A DNA stretch of 52,188 nt from Candidatus Curtissbacteria bacterium (GCA_038326365.1 JBBQJY010000001.1:78128-130315), one strand, 5' to 3'; shown: positions 38,626 to 47,616, numbered from the stretch's first letter. Numbers and translations are program-made. Notes: a model not told the origin generated them from the sequence alone.

Positions 38626-39057
38626 ATGGCAAAATTAACAACAGATATCTTTGTTTTGGCAGACCATGCAAGCGTTTCCCAAGAGCAAAAATTAAGTGTA
38701 ATCGGCATTTTTGATCAATTTTTTGTTGCCAATCTTCCTGCTACTTGGCCTAAAATGTATTTAGTCGCTGTAGTACGTGGAATGGCTGGGGAAGAATACG
38801 AACTTACGCTCAAATTGGTGCCACCGGCGAAAGTTGAAAATGGTTTTCCCAATAAAGATTTTACAATCAAATTGGGATCAAACGGAAAAGCCAATGTAAT
38901 GACAGAACTTGTGAACTTTCCTCTTCAGGTCGCAGGCGCGCACAAAGTACAGCTTTTTAGTGGTAAGGAAAAAATAGGTGAACTTGAATACCGTGTCAAT
39001 AAAACAACCGCAACCTATAGCGGCGAAGATCTCCAGGGTAAAAAAATCTCAAATTAG
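38626..39057 (+). CDS. Hypothetical beta-rich protein (DUF6941-like)
   Basis: LADHA....KLSVIGIFD N-terminal pattern; AAGGAG-TAA-ATG coupling to dnaK. Confidence 0.6.
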   Translation: MAKLTTDIFVLADHASVSQEQKLSVIGIFDQFFVANLPATWPKMYLVAVVRGMAGEEYELTLKLVPPAKVENGFPNKDFTIKLGSNGKANVMTELVNFPLQVAGAHKVQLFSGKEKIGELEYRVNKTTATYSGEDLQGKKISN

Positions 39058-39140
39058 GTTGTTTTTCACGATGGTCGAAGAAGAAAATATTAACATTCAA
39101 GCTTGTCGAGAATTTTCCAAATTAAAGCTATAATTCACCA

Positions 39141-40007
39141 ATGGCCACCAAGCGTGATTACTATGAAGTCTTAGGAGTCTCAAAATCAGCAGCTGCCGAC
39201 GAGCTTAAAAAAGCATACAGAAATCTTGCCCGCAAACATCATCCGGATGTCGACAAATCAGCAGGCGCGGAGGATAAATTTAAAGAAATAAACGAGGCAT
39301 ATCAAGTACTCTCCGATCCTCAAAAAAAATCCGCTTATGACCAATATGGCCATAGTGCTTTTGAACAAGGCGGCATGGGCGCTGGCCAGGGTCCATTTGG
39401 CGGTGCGAGTTCAGGTGGTTTCAGAACTTACAGTTGGTCATCTGGAGCAGACCAAAGCGCACAAGGCGCCGATTTTGGAGGTTTTGCAGACCCTTTCGAC
39501 ATCTTCGAAGCATTTTTTGGAGGTTCTTCCCCATACGGTAAACAAGCTCGCCTGCCACGTTATGTTATTAATATCTCGTTTGAAGATGCAGTTCATGGTG
39601 CTCAAAAAGAAGTCGAAATAGAAGGCAAACGACAAAAAATAAAAATCCCGGCTGGTGTAGATGACGGCACCGAAATAAAATTTTCTACCTTTGTTTTAGT
39701 TACTCAAGTTAACAGGTCGAACAAATTCGTTCGTCGAGGCTATGATATTGTAACCGAACACGAAATAACTTTTTCTCAAGCAGCACTAGGCACAATCGCA
39801 GAAATAGAAACTGTTGATGGGGAAGTCAAAATTAGAGTTGCGGCGGGAACTCAACCAGGCACTCAAATCCGCTTGCGCAGCAAAGGCGTCAAGCATATTT
39901 CCTCTAACGCCCGCGGTGACCACTATGTTATTATTCGCCTCTTCGTCCCAACCAAACTATCCAAAGATCAAAAGAGAATATTGGAAGAATTAGAAGAAAT
40001 CTCTTAG
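39141..40007 (+). CDS. dnaJ: DnaJ-family co-chaperone, class II (no Cys-rich zinc finger)
   Basis: DYYEVLGV, HPD, G/F-rich region, DIFEAFFG and C-terminal domain; no CxxCxGxG repeats. Confidence 0.9.
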   Translation: MATKRDYYEVLGVSKSAAADELKKAYRNLARKHHPDVDKSAGAEDKFKEINEAYQVLSDPQKKSAYDQYGHSAFEQGGMGAGQGPFGGASSGGFRTYSWSSGADQSAQGADFGGFADPFDIFEAFFGGSSPYGKQARLPRYVINISFEDAVHGAQKEVEIEGKRQKIKIPAGVDDGTEIKFSTFVLVTQVNRSNKFVRRGYDIVTEHEITFSQAALGTIAEIETVDGEVKIRVAAGTQPGTQIRLRSKGVKHISSNARGDHYVIIRLFVPTKLSKDQKRILEELEEIS

Positions 40008-40042
40008 GCTTTAACCTATACTTGGCCTACAATTACAACAAA

Positions 40043-40678
40043 ATGAAACTGCTAGGCACCAAAAATATTCTCTGCACCCTATACATAGCCAGGCATGGGG
40101 AAACCGAATGGAACGTTAAAGGCCTTGTTCAAGGTCACACCGATTCCCCTCTGACCATGGAAGGTCTCAATCAAGCAAACAACCTTGCAAAAGAACTTAA
40201 GCACATTAAATTCGACGCAGTTTTCTCTTCAGACTTACTTCGTGCCAAAAAAACCGCAGAAATTGTTGCCTTGGAGCATGAATTGACCGTTCAAACAGCC
40301 GAGGCTCTAAGAGAAAGGAGTTTTGGTAAACACGAGGGCAGTGATAGAAGAGTTGTAGAAATCTTAGAAGAATTAAGTGAAAAACAAATACCTTACAAAT
40401 CCGTGGGTATTGAAAGTGACGAACAACTAACGGGGCGCATAGTTACCTATCTTCGGGAAATTGCAATTGGCTACCCAGGTAAAAAAGTGCTTGTCGTAAC
40501 GCATGGAGGGGTTTTGATCCGCATTTTAATTCATTTAGGCTACTACTTGCCCAAACAGATTAGAAATATAAGAGTTGGGAACACTTCTTATATTAAAGTA
40601 GCCTCGGACGGAGTTAATTTTTTTGTCGAAGCCACAAAAAGAATTGATAAAAGAGTATCTCCTATCCCTACTGTGTAG
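40043..40678 (+). CDS. Histidine phosphatase (phosphoglycerate mutase-like) family protein
   Basis: RHGETEWN, SSDLLRA, LRERSFG and VVTHGG motifs. Confidence 0.9.
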   Translation: MKLLGTKNILCTLYIARHGETEWNVKGLVQGHTDSPLTMEGLNQANNLAKELKHIKFDAVFSSDLLRAKKTAEIVALEHELTVQTAEALRERSFGKHEGSDRRVVEILEELSEKQIPYKSVGIESDEQLTGRIVTYLREIAIGYPGKKVLVVTHGGVLIRILIHLGYYLPKQIRNIRVGNTSYIKVASDGVNFFVEATKRIDKRVSPIPTV

Positions 40679-40780
40679 CCAGTTCAGGCACCTAAGTCCT
40701 TACGTTTTTCTTACGACCATTTAATTTTATTCACACCCTGTTTTCATAAACTATGGGTACAAAGAAAGAAAGTGAAATAG

Positions 40781-40993
40781 ATCCCACATACACACGAAAC
40801 AACACATGTTGAACAAAGGCACTACCACGATGATAGCTCAGGCAGTTTCTTGGGCCTCATCGCTGGAGTCATTTTGTTAGTCCTGCTCGCGTTCATGTTT
40901 TTGGCTTACGGACTTCCATATTTGGGCAATAGTTTTAACAGATCAGCTGGGGTTAACGTACCAAGTAAAATAGACGTCAACTTAAACAAGTAG
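40781..40993 (+). pseudogene. 70-codon single-TM protein frame with no canonical start (ATC start, or frameshift from ATG 40753)
   Basis: IPHTHETTHVEQRHYHDDSSGSFLGLIAGVILLVLLAFMFLAYGLPYLGNSFNRSAGVNVPSKIDVNLNK*; immediately preceded in frame by TAG. Confidence 0.5.
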
Positions 40994-41159
40994 TTTAAGT
41001 ACTGCCACGATCTACAAATGAATAGCTTGCGTCGTATAGCCTATAAGTGGTAAAATCAAAAACAGAGCTTAAGTAAGTTAGAGAAAAGATACCTCCGAAT
41101 GCATATTCTTGTATCCCATATTAACTTTTGATTAAGACCTAAAGAAGAAAGGAGGAAAA

Positions 41160-41477
41160 ATGGTAAAAAAATTATTTGTTGGAAGTCTTCCATATAGCAC
41201 AACTTCGGCACAAGTCGAAGAACTGTTTGCAAAAATTGGTAAAGTAGCAAGTTGTCAACTAATCACGGATAAATATTCCGGACAGAGCAAAGGTTTTGCT
41301 TTTGTTGAAATGTCTACAGATGAAGAGTCTGATAAAGCAATAAAAGAACTAAACGGAACTGAATTAGATGGTCGAGCTATCGTTGTAAACGAGGCAAGAC
41401 CAAAAGAGGACAGGCCTAGTTTTTCAAACAATAACAACAGGGGTAACTTTCAAAAATCCTCTGGAAAGCGTTGGTAA
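41160..41477 (+). CDS. RRM-domain RNA-binding protein
   Basis: RNP2 LFVGSL, RNP1 KGFAFVEM, VNEARP; SD AGGAGG; about 100-nt leader after TGGTAAAAT (41048-41056). Confidence 0.93.
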   Translation: MVKKLFVGSLPYSTTSAQVEELFAKIGKVASCQLITDKYSGQSKGFAFVEMSTDEESDKAIKELNGTELDGRAIVVNEARPKEDRPSFSNNNNRGNFQKSSGKRW

Positions 41478-41479
41478 GA

Positions 41480-41716
41480 ATGTTGCAAAAACTACCAGAA
41501 TCACCGTGCATTAGGTGCGGAAAGACTCGGATTGTAGAAAAAGTGTGGGTAGAAAAGACCGAGAAGGGGAGTCCTATTACGCATTCTATAACCGTTTGTC
41601 CGGACCCGGAATGTCAAAAAATTGTTGATGCCGAATTTGCTGCAAAGCGCGAAAAGAAACTTGAGATGGTAAACAGGAATAAAAAACCTGAAACTCCGGT
41701 TCCTGCTAAAGCATAA
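41480..41716 (+). CDS. Small zinc-ribbon-like hypothetical protein
   Basis: CIRC...CPDPEC; starts 2 nt after the RRM stop. Confidence 0.7.
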   Translation: MLQKLPESPCIRCGKTRIVEKVWVEKTEKGSPITHSITVCPDPECQKIVDAEFAAKREKKLEMVNRNKKPETPVPAKA

Positions 41717-41736
41717 TTTGACTAAATGACACCGTC

Positions 41737-42072
41737 TTGGCTATTATTGTGCCTGTGGCACGAGCTGAAGATTCAAAAACACCTTATGTAAAACATTTAA
41801 AAACGGCCGCAACTTGGGCTGCTCTCTCTGCAGTGGGCGCCGAATACCTCAGACAACGAAAATTATCCGGAGACGACTCCGAAGTCGAAGAACCTCAGCC
41901 ACAAGTTGGCACGGTCATAAACCGCGGAATCATTACTCGGATAAGATCGGGAGTAAGTAGTGAATTTACAATTGCAAAACAGATCAAAAAAAGTCCTATG
42001 TTAAAATCGGCCCTAATTGCAGTTACTTCAATTGCCCTAGAAGAGCTCATGCGATCAAAACTTGAAGACTAG
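41737..42072 (+). CDS. Hypothetical protein
   Basis: 111-aa ORF filling the gap; no recognisable motif; TTG start is uncertain. Confidence 0.4.
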   Translation: MAIIVPVARAEDSKTPYVKHLKTAATWAALSAVGAEYLRQRKLSGDDSEVEEPQPQVGTVINRGIITRIRSGVSSEFTIAKQIKKSPMLKSALIAVTSIALEELMRSKLED

Positions 42073-43466
42073 TTAGCTCTCAAAAAATAATAATTCTTGA
42101 AAAAAGTTACCTGAGTAAAATTAGAAAATTTATCTTTGTCTCGGGTTATTATCCAAGTTCGTTGGTTATTGTCAATAAAGTTTCTAATCTCTTCTGGCTT
42201 TAAAATCCACCATTCACCGTCTTTTCGATTATCTTGAAGTGTGAAAACATGCGTTTGATCAGAAAAATAAAGAAAGCCCGTAAAATCATGATCATCAAAA
42301 ATCACCTCATCTTCTTTAGGTATTATATTGTAAGCTGCCATCCCTAGGTTATTGCCCACCGCTGACCTATCCGGATAAATGTTTTCTATGCGAAAAACAT
42401 TGAAGCACTGAAGAACTAAAATAAAAACGAAAATCACAATTGTATGTTTCTTTTCAATTTCAAAAATCCTAGTTGTTATAAAACCAAAAATAATCGCCAA
42501 TACTGGGTATGCAGGAAGCAGATACCAGTCTGATTTGTCCGATAGAAAATTCAAAAAAACTATATAGGAAATTGAAATTGCCAAAAAAGGAACGACAAAA
42601 TTTCTCCTCACTTCGAAATATTTTGCCCGCCTTATCGCTAAAAAAAAGATTGGAATGACAAGCCAAAACCCCAAGTCTCTTAACGCAAAGTTAATGTAAG
42701 TAAAAGAAAAGTTGGCAATTGGGCTCGAAAGCCGACCCTCGGATGGATTTAAAATAAACCAATTTGCAAACTGCCCACCGTATTTAAAAAGTCCCCAGAC
42801 ATACCATGGGGAAAATACAACCAAGGCCGAGCACATTATTATTAGCAGATTTAGCCATTTGCGTCTGTTTAAGTAAATAAGATGTGAAGCAATAAGAAAC
42901 AGTGGAAAAAGGCCGATGCCCCAACTCTTGACTAGCATCGCCAGGCCTAAGCTAACACCCGAAAAAAAATTAAAATAAAATTTTTCTTGTGCACGAATAT
43001 AAAAATAGAAGGAGGCTAAACTCAGGCAGATCAATAGCGCATCCAAATTTCCGTGAGCCAGGCGAAACACAACTCCTCCAATTGTTAAAAAAATAAGAGC
43101 AGAAAATATGCCAGTTTGAATATTGGCAAGCTTTTTTCCAATTAAATAAATAAGGTAGGTAGCAATAACGCCTGAGAGCGCTGAAACAAATCTTATTTCC
43201 CAAATTCCAGACCCAAAAAATTTATAAAAAGGTGTCGATAGCCAAAAATACAGAGGCTCATTATCAAAATAAAAGCGGCCATTCCAGTAAGGCATCAAAA
43301 ATCCATACTTACCACTGGCCATGTTTTTGATAATTTCTCCGTACCAGGCCTCGTCCCAGTTTCTAAGTGGCAAAGCATTAATCCTTCGAAAAAAAACAAT
43401 TATTGAGAAAAATATCAAAGAGCAATCGACAAAAATACGATTTGAGACAAGCCTTTTTAGATTCAT
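42069..43466 (-). CDS. ArnT/PMT-like (GT83/GT39) GT-C glycosyltransferase
   Basis: WDEAWY, EPLYFWL, RFVSAL, LD, LVKS, PWY and YLLPAYP motifs; many TMs. Confidence 0.88.
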   Translation of the reverse strand: MNLKRLVSNRIFVDCSLIFFSIIVFFRRINALPLRNWDEAWYGEIIKNMASGKYGFLMPYWNGRFYFDNEPLYFWLSTPFYKFFGSGIWEIRFVSALSGVIATYLIYLIGKKLANIQTGIFSALIFLTIGGVVFRLAHGNLDALLICLSLASFYFYIRAQEKFYFNFFSGVSLGLAMLVKSWGIGLFPLFLIASHLIYLNRRKWLNLLIIMCSALVVFSPWYVWGLFKYGGQFANWFILNPSEGRLSSPIANFSFTYINFALRDLGFWLVIPIFFLAIRRAKYFEVRRNFVVPFLAISISYIVFLNFLSDKSDWYLLPAYPVLAIIFGFITTRIFEIEKKHTIVIFVFILVLQCFNVFRIENIYPDRSAVGNNLGMAAYNIIPKEDEVIFDDHDFTGFLYFSDQTHVFTLQDNRKDGEWWILKPEEIRNFIDNNQRTWIITRDKDKFSNFTQVTFFKNYYFLRAN

Positions 43467-43507
43467 GGACTTAATTATTGACAATAATACTATAATGTTA
43501 GCTTTTG

Positions 43508-43536
43508 TTGACTCAAATTACCTATTTTGTTAGAAT
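43508..43536 (+). promoter_or_regulatory. sigma70 promoter of nusA-infB
   Basis: TTGACT, 17 nt, TG-n-TAGAAT. Confidence 0.7.
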
Positions 43537-43569
43537 TCGGCTAAAGTTTTAAAACAAGTACTTTGTGAT

Positions 43570-43593
43570 AAGGCGCGAATGGGCGCCTTTTTT
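43570..43593 (+). terminator. Intrinsic terminator/attenuator in the nusA leader
   Basis: AAGGCGC-GAATGG-GCGCCTT with a T6 run (43588-43593), between the promoter and the nusA ATG. Confidence 0.65.
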
Positions 43594-43615
43594 CAAAAAG
43601 AAAGCATAATTAAAA

Positions 43616-44929
43616 ATGGCAATACAAGCAAGATCAGAATTCGCATCAGCCTTAAACCAAGTATGTTCCGAACGTGGACTTGAACCAGAAATTGTCTTAG
43701 AGTCGATAAGGCAAGCAATTTTAGCAGCTTATCGAAAAGATTACGGGGAACCTGAAGGTATTGAAATAGATCTTAACGCCAACACAGGTGAAGTTTCTTT
43801 AACCAAGGACAAAAAGAACATGACACCGCCTGGCTTTGGTAGAATTGCCGCACAAACTGCCAAACAGGTTATTCTCCAGCGAATCCGAGAAGCCGAAAAG
43901 GACGCGATCCTTTCAGAATACTCTTCCAAAATTAATACAGTTGTTTCTGGAATAGTTCAGAGGATTTCCGGTCCTGTTATTACCGCCAATCTTGGAAAAG
44001 CAGAAGGTATTATGCCGCCGCAAGAGCAAGCTCACGCCGAAAAATATTTTGTCAATCAACGTTTAAAATTCTTCGTAGTTGGTATCAAAGAAGGTGCTCG
44101 TGGAGAAGAAATCATTGTTTCAAGAAGTGCCAACGGGTTAGTGGAAGGTCTATTTAAGCAAGAAGTGCCAGAAGTCTCCTCAGGTGCAGTCGAAATTAAA
44201 GCTATTGCCAGAGAAGCCGGATCTCGTACGAAGATCGCTGTTTTTTCCAGTCAGCTGGGAGTCGATCCTGTCGGCTCGTGTGTTGGTCAAAAAGGTGTTC
44301 GAGTACAAGCAGTTATAAATGAACTGGGTGATGAAAAAATCGATGTTATTGCTTTTCAAACAGACCCCGTTGAATTTATAAGAGCTGCTCTTTCTCCAGC
44401 CAAAGAAATACAAGTGGTTGTAAACGAGGAAGAAAAAACTGCCGAGGTCACCGCACCGGACGATCAACTTTCTCTTGCGATTGGCAAAGAAGGACAAAAT
44501 GTTCGTCTGGCCGCCAGGCTTACTGGCTACAGAATCGATATTCGAGGGAAAAGTGGAACACCTAAAGAAGTTGAAGCAAAAGGAAAAGCAGCTCAAGATG
44601 AAGCCAAAAGAGCACTCGGTGTAACAATAGAGGATACAGAAGAATCAAAACCAGCAGACTTGCCAAACAAATCTAGCCAAGTAGACAAAAATACGTCGAC
44701 ACAGCCAACGATCGACGTGCCCGATCACAATAGTTCAAAGCCACAAAATGATGATACTGTAACTATCAGCCCCATTGGCGATGACGTCGAACCGCTAATT
44801 GCTGACGAAGAAGAGAAAAAAGAAGAAACTGAAGCAATTAACGTCGCAAAAGAAGTTAAAACTAAACAAAAAGAAGTAGAAATGCCTGACAAAAAACAGG
44901 ATGATAACGGTGACAGTTCGGCAAAATGA
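43616..44929 (+). CDS. nusA: Transcription termination/antitermination factor NusA with a long acidic tail
   Basis: FGRIAAQTAKQVI, AREAGSRTKIAV, DPVGSCVG and LSLAIGKEGQNVRLA motifs. Confidence 0.96.
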   Translation: MAIQARSEFASALNQVCSERGLEPEIVLESIRQAILAAYRKDYGEPEGIEIDLNANTGEVSLTKDKKNMTPPGFGRIAAQTAKQVILQRIREAEKDAILSEYSSKINTVVSGIVQRISGPVITANLGKAEGIMPPQEQAHAEKYFVNQRLKFFVVGIKEGARGEEIIVSRSANGLVEGLFKQEVPEVSSGAVEIKAIAREAGSRTKIAVFSSQLGVDPVGSCVGQKGVRVQAVINELGDEKIDVIAFQTDPVEFIRAALSPAKEIQVVVNEEEKTAEVTAPDDQLSLAIGKEGQNVRLAARLTGYRIDIRGKSGTPKEVEAKGKAAQDEAKRALGVTIEDTEESKPADLPNKSSQVDKNTSTQPTIDVPDHNSSKPQNDDTVTISPIGDDVEPLIADEEEKKEETEAINVAKEVKTKQKEVEMPDKKQDDNGDSSAK

Positions 44930-44953
44930 AACCGCACTCGCCAAAATTAATAA

Positions 44954-46381
44954 ATGGACCAAAACCAAAAAATCAGACCTCCAATTGTAACCGTCATGGG
45001 TCATGTGGATCATGGCAAGACGACTCTTCTTGACGCCATCCGTAAAACCAATGTTGTTGCCCGAGAACATGGAGGAATCACCCAACATATCGGAGCGTAC
45101 CAAATAATTTTTCAGGAAAAACCAATAACTTTTTTAGACACGCCCGGGCACGCTGCTTTTGAGGCCATGCGCTCACGCGGGGCTGAAGTTGCAGATCTCG
45201 TTGTTTTGGTAGTGGCGGCCAACGACAGCGTCAAACCTCAGACAGTTGAAGCAATCAAACACATTAAAAAAGCAAATAAACCCATTATTCTTGCAATCAG
45301 CAAGGTTGATTTACCAGACGTAAACGTTGAAAAGGTTAAAAAAGAACTCCAGGCTCGCGATGTCATTGTAGAAAGTTATGGTGGAGACGTTCCAGTCGTG
45401 GAGGTGGCTCCCCCAAAAGGACAAGGCATAAAAGAACTTCTTGAAGTTATTGAGCTGGTGTGGCAAATTAACCCACAGCCGTCGTTGGAAAACGAACCGC
45501 TAGAAGCAGTAGTTATCGAATCTTATCTTGATAAAAACAAAGGACCGATAGTGCATGCAATTGTTAAAAAAGGTATTTTGAAAGTTGGGCAAAAAATTCT
45601 GGTGGACAGCGAAACAATAGCCGTGCGTGCACTGACTGACGAGCTCAATTTAAGTCTCAAAGAAGCACCGCCATCCAAACCCGTAGAAATATTGGGTTTT
45701 AAAAAAGTTTTAGAAGTCGGAAGTATAATCTCTGATCTCACCAAAACCAAAAGTAGCGAGGCACAAATTCAGGCAACTACAGAGCAAATCATAGCAAGGT
45801 CTCAAGAAGCAAAGGACAAATTCAAAGTTATTATAAAAGCGGATGTTTTGGGTTCTCTCGGTGCGATTATGGCTAATCTACCCGAGAAAATATTTGTAGT
45901 CGCCTCAGGCGTTGGCGACGTACAGGCAACGGACGTCAACCTTGCAAAAGTAGCCAGCTCTCCAGTTCTTGCTTTTAATGTAAAAATTGCCGGAGCTGTC
46001 AAATCCCAGGCAGACAGGGAAAAAGTTCTAATTCGCGAATATAAAGTAATTTATGAACTCATCTCAGATCTTGAAGATATCGCCGAAAGTTTCACGGCAG
46101 CTAAATTCGAGCAAAAAATTAAAGGTTCAGCGAAAGTCGTAGCTGCATTTGACATCGATGGCAAAAAAATTGCCGGATCTCAAGTTACTAAAGGAAAAAT
46201 CCAAGTCGGAGACACAGTATTGATACGAAGCACCGACCAAGAAACGATTGAGACAAAAGTTTTATCGATCAAAAAATTTAAAAAAGATGTAGAAAGCGTC
46301 TCAACAGGTCAAGACTGCGGAATAGCGTTCCAAGCAAGCATTGACTTTAAAGTTGGAGATATTATAGAATCCCTGGGCTAA
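44954..46381 (+). CDS. infB: Translation initiation factor IF-2 (no N-terminal domain)
   Basis: RPPIVTVMGHVDHGKTTLLD, GGITQHIGAY, DTPGH, KADVLGS, VIYEL and DCG motifs. Confidence 0.96.
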   Translation: MDQNQKIRPPIVTVMGHVDHGKTTLLDAIRKTNVVAREHGGITQHIGAYQIIFQEKPITFLDTPGHAAFEAMRSRGAEVADLVVLVVAANDSVKPQTVEAIKHIKKANKPIILAISKVDLPDVNVEKVKKELQARDVIVESYGGDVPVVEVAPPKGQGIKELLEVIELVWQINPQPSLENEPLEAVVIESYLDKNKGPIVHAIVKKGILKVGQKILVDSETIAVRALTDELNLSLKEAPPSKPVEILGFKKVLEVGSIISDLTKTKSSEAQIQATTEQIIARSQEAKDKFKVIIKADVLGSLGAIMANLPEKIFVVASGVGDVQATDVNLAKVASSPVLAFNVKIAGAVKSQADREKVLIREYKVIYELISDLEDIAESFTAAKFEQKIKGSAKVVAAFDIDGKKIAGSQVTKGKIQVGDTVLIRSTDQETIETKVLSIKKFKKDVESVSTGQDCGIAFQASIDFKVGDIIESLG

Positions 46382-46396
46382 ATTATAGGGCAAGAC

Positions 46397-47323
46397 ATGG
46401 ACGATCTAGAAAAACAAAAAATATCTGAGCAACTTACATCGGCGCAAAATATATTGGTATTTGTTTCGGAAAAAAGCAATTTTGAAGGCTTAGCCGCAGG
46501 ACTTGCTCTCTACTTGTCTCTTATAAAATTAAACAAGAAAGTTCAAATTGTTGCTAAAAATCCCACAGTTGCCGATGCACAGATGCTCTACGGTGTTGAC
46601 AAGGTTGGTAAGCAGGAAGACCAGAAAAACTTAGTAGTAGTGATCGACAAAGCGGTAAAGAATGTAGACAAGGTCACATACTTCCTAGAGGGACAAAAAT
46701 TGAAAATCGTAGTTCACGCTTTCGCCAACTCCGAAGGGATTTCTCAAAATGATGTTGAATTTGAAACATCAGCGCTTAAGCCGGATATGATAATTTCACT
46801 AGGATATGAAACGGGAGAAGAATTGAGGCACGATATTACTCGTGAACAACAATTAGATCCAAATTTGCCTGTTCTAAACCTAGCCAAGAACGCTTTGGAT
46901 AAAAAGATTGCCCATATTAATATTAACAATCCCCAGAGTTCAGGTATTGCGGAAATTATTGCAGATTTTTGCCAAGCTTTTAATTTTCCCCTTGACGAAG
47001 ATATTTCTTTTAATCTATATTCTGGCATTGCCGCCAGCACTCAAATGTTTTCCCCGACAATGACACGTGAGTCGACTCTAAAAACGGCGGCATGGCTCAT
47101 TAAGTTCGGCGCAGGTAAGGCAAGTCTCGCGCAATCAGCAACCCAACCACCAGACACGGGTCAATCGCAGTCGATGCAGCCTGAGCAGATTCAATCAAGC
47201 GGACAATTCGAAGTAGCCGAAATCCCTATTGAGCAAGTTGAGGCAGAAAGAAATCAAGAAAAAGATTGGCTTAAGCCGCCCAAAATTTATCATGGCTCAA
47301 AGTCTTTTGACATAGAGTCGTAA
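46397..47323 (+). CDS. Degenerate DHH/NrnA-like protein
   Basis: Position after infB; scaffold motifs (AAGLAL, SSGIAEII, LYSGI..T.F, AAWL..GA) resemble the DHH family, but the DxD and DHH catalytic residues are absent. Confidence 0.6.
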   Translation: MDDLEKQKISEQLTSAQNILVFVSEKSNFEGLAAGLALYLSLIKLNKKVQIVAKNPTVADAQMLYGVDKVGKQEDQKNLVVVIDKAVKNVDKVTYFLEGQKLKIVVHAFANSEGISQNDVEFETSALKPDMIISLGYETGEELRHDITREQQLDPNLPVLNLAKNALDKKIAHININNPQSSGIAEIIADFCQAFNFPLDEDISFNLYSGIAASTQMFSPTMTRESTLKTAAWLIKFGAGKASLAQSATQPPDTGQSQSMQPEQIQSSGQFEVAEIPIEQVEAERNQEKDWLKPPKIYHGSKSFDIES

Positions 47324-47335
47324 TTTCTTTATACT
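47307..47335 (+). promoter_or_regulatory. sigma70 promoter of rpsO
   Basis: TTGACA, 17 nt, TATACT; 11 nt before the ATG. Confidence 0.75.
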
Positions 47336-47346
47336 AGCTTTCCATT

Positions 47347-47610
47347 ATGGCAACAGCATCTAAAAAACAAGTTATAGACAAGTTCAAAACTCATGAAGGT
47401 GACACCGGGTCACCGGAAGTCCAAGTGGCGTTGTTGTCTCAAAGAATTGATAATGTAGCCGACCATTTAAAGTCTCACGCCCATGATAATCATTCAAGAA
47501 GGGGTCTGCTTTCGATGATTAATAAAAGAAGAAGGCTTCTTCACTATCTAACACGAAAAGCCCCTGATCGCTATAAAGACATCATTAATAAGTTGGCTTT
47601 ATCCAAATAA
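47347..47610 (+). CDS. rpsO: 30S ribosomal protein S15
   Basis: DTGSPEVQVALL, HLK.H..DNHSRRGLL and RRRLLHYL motifs. Confidence 0.97.
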   Translation: MATASKKQVIDKFKTHEGDTGSPEVQVALLSQRIDNVADHLKSHAHDNHSRRGLLSMINKRRRLLHYLTRKAPDRYKDIINKLALSK

Positions 47611-47616
47611 GAGATA

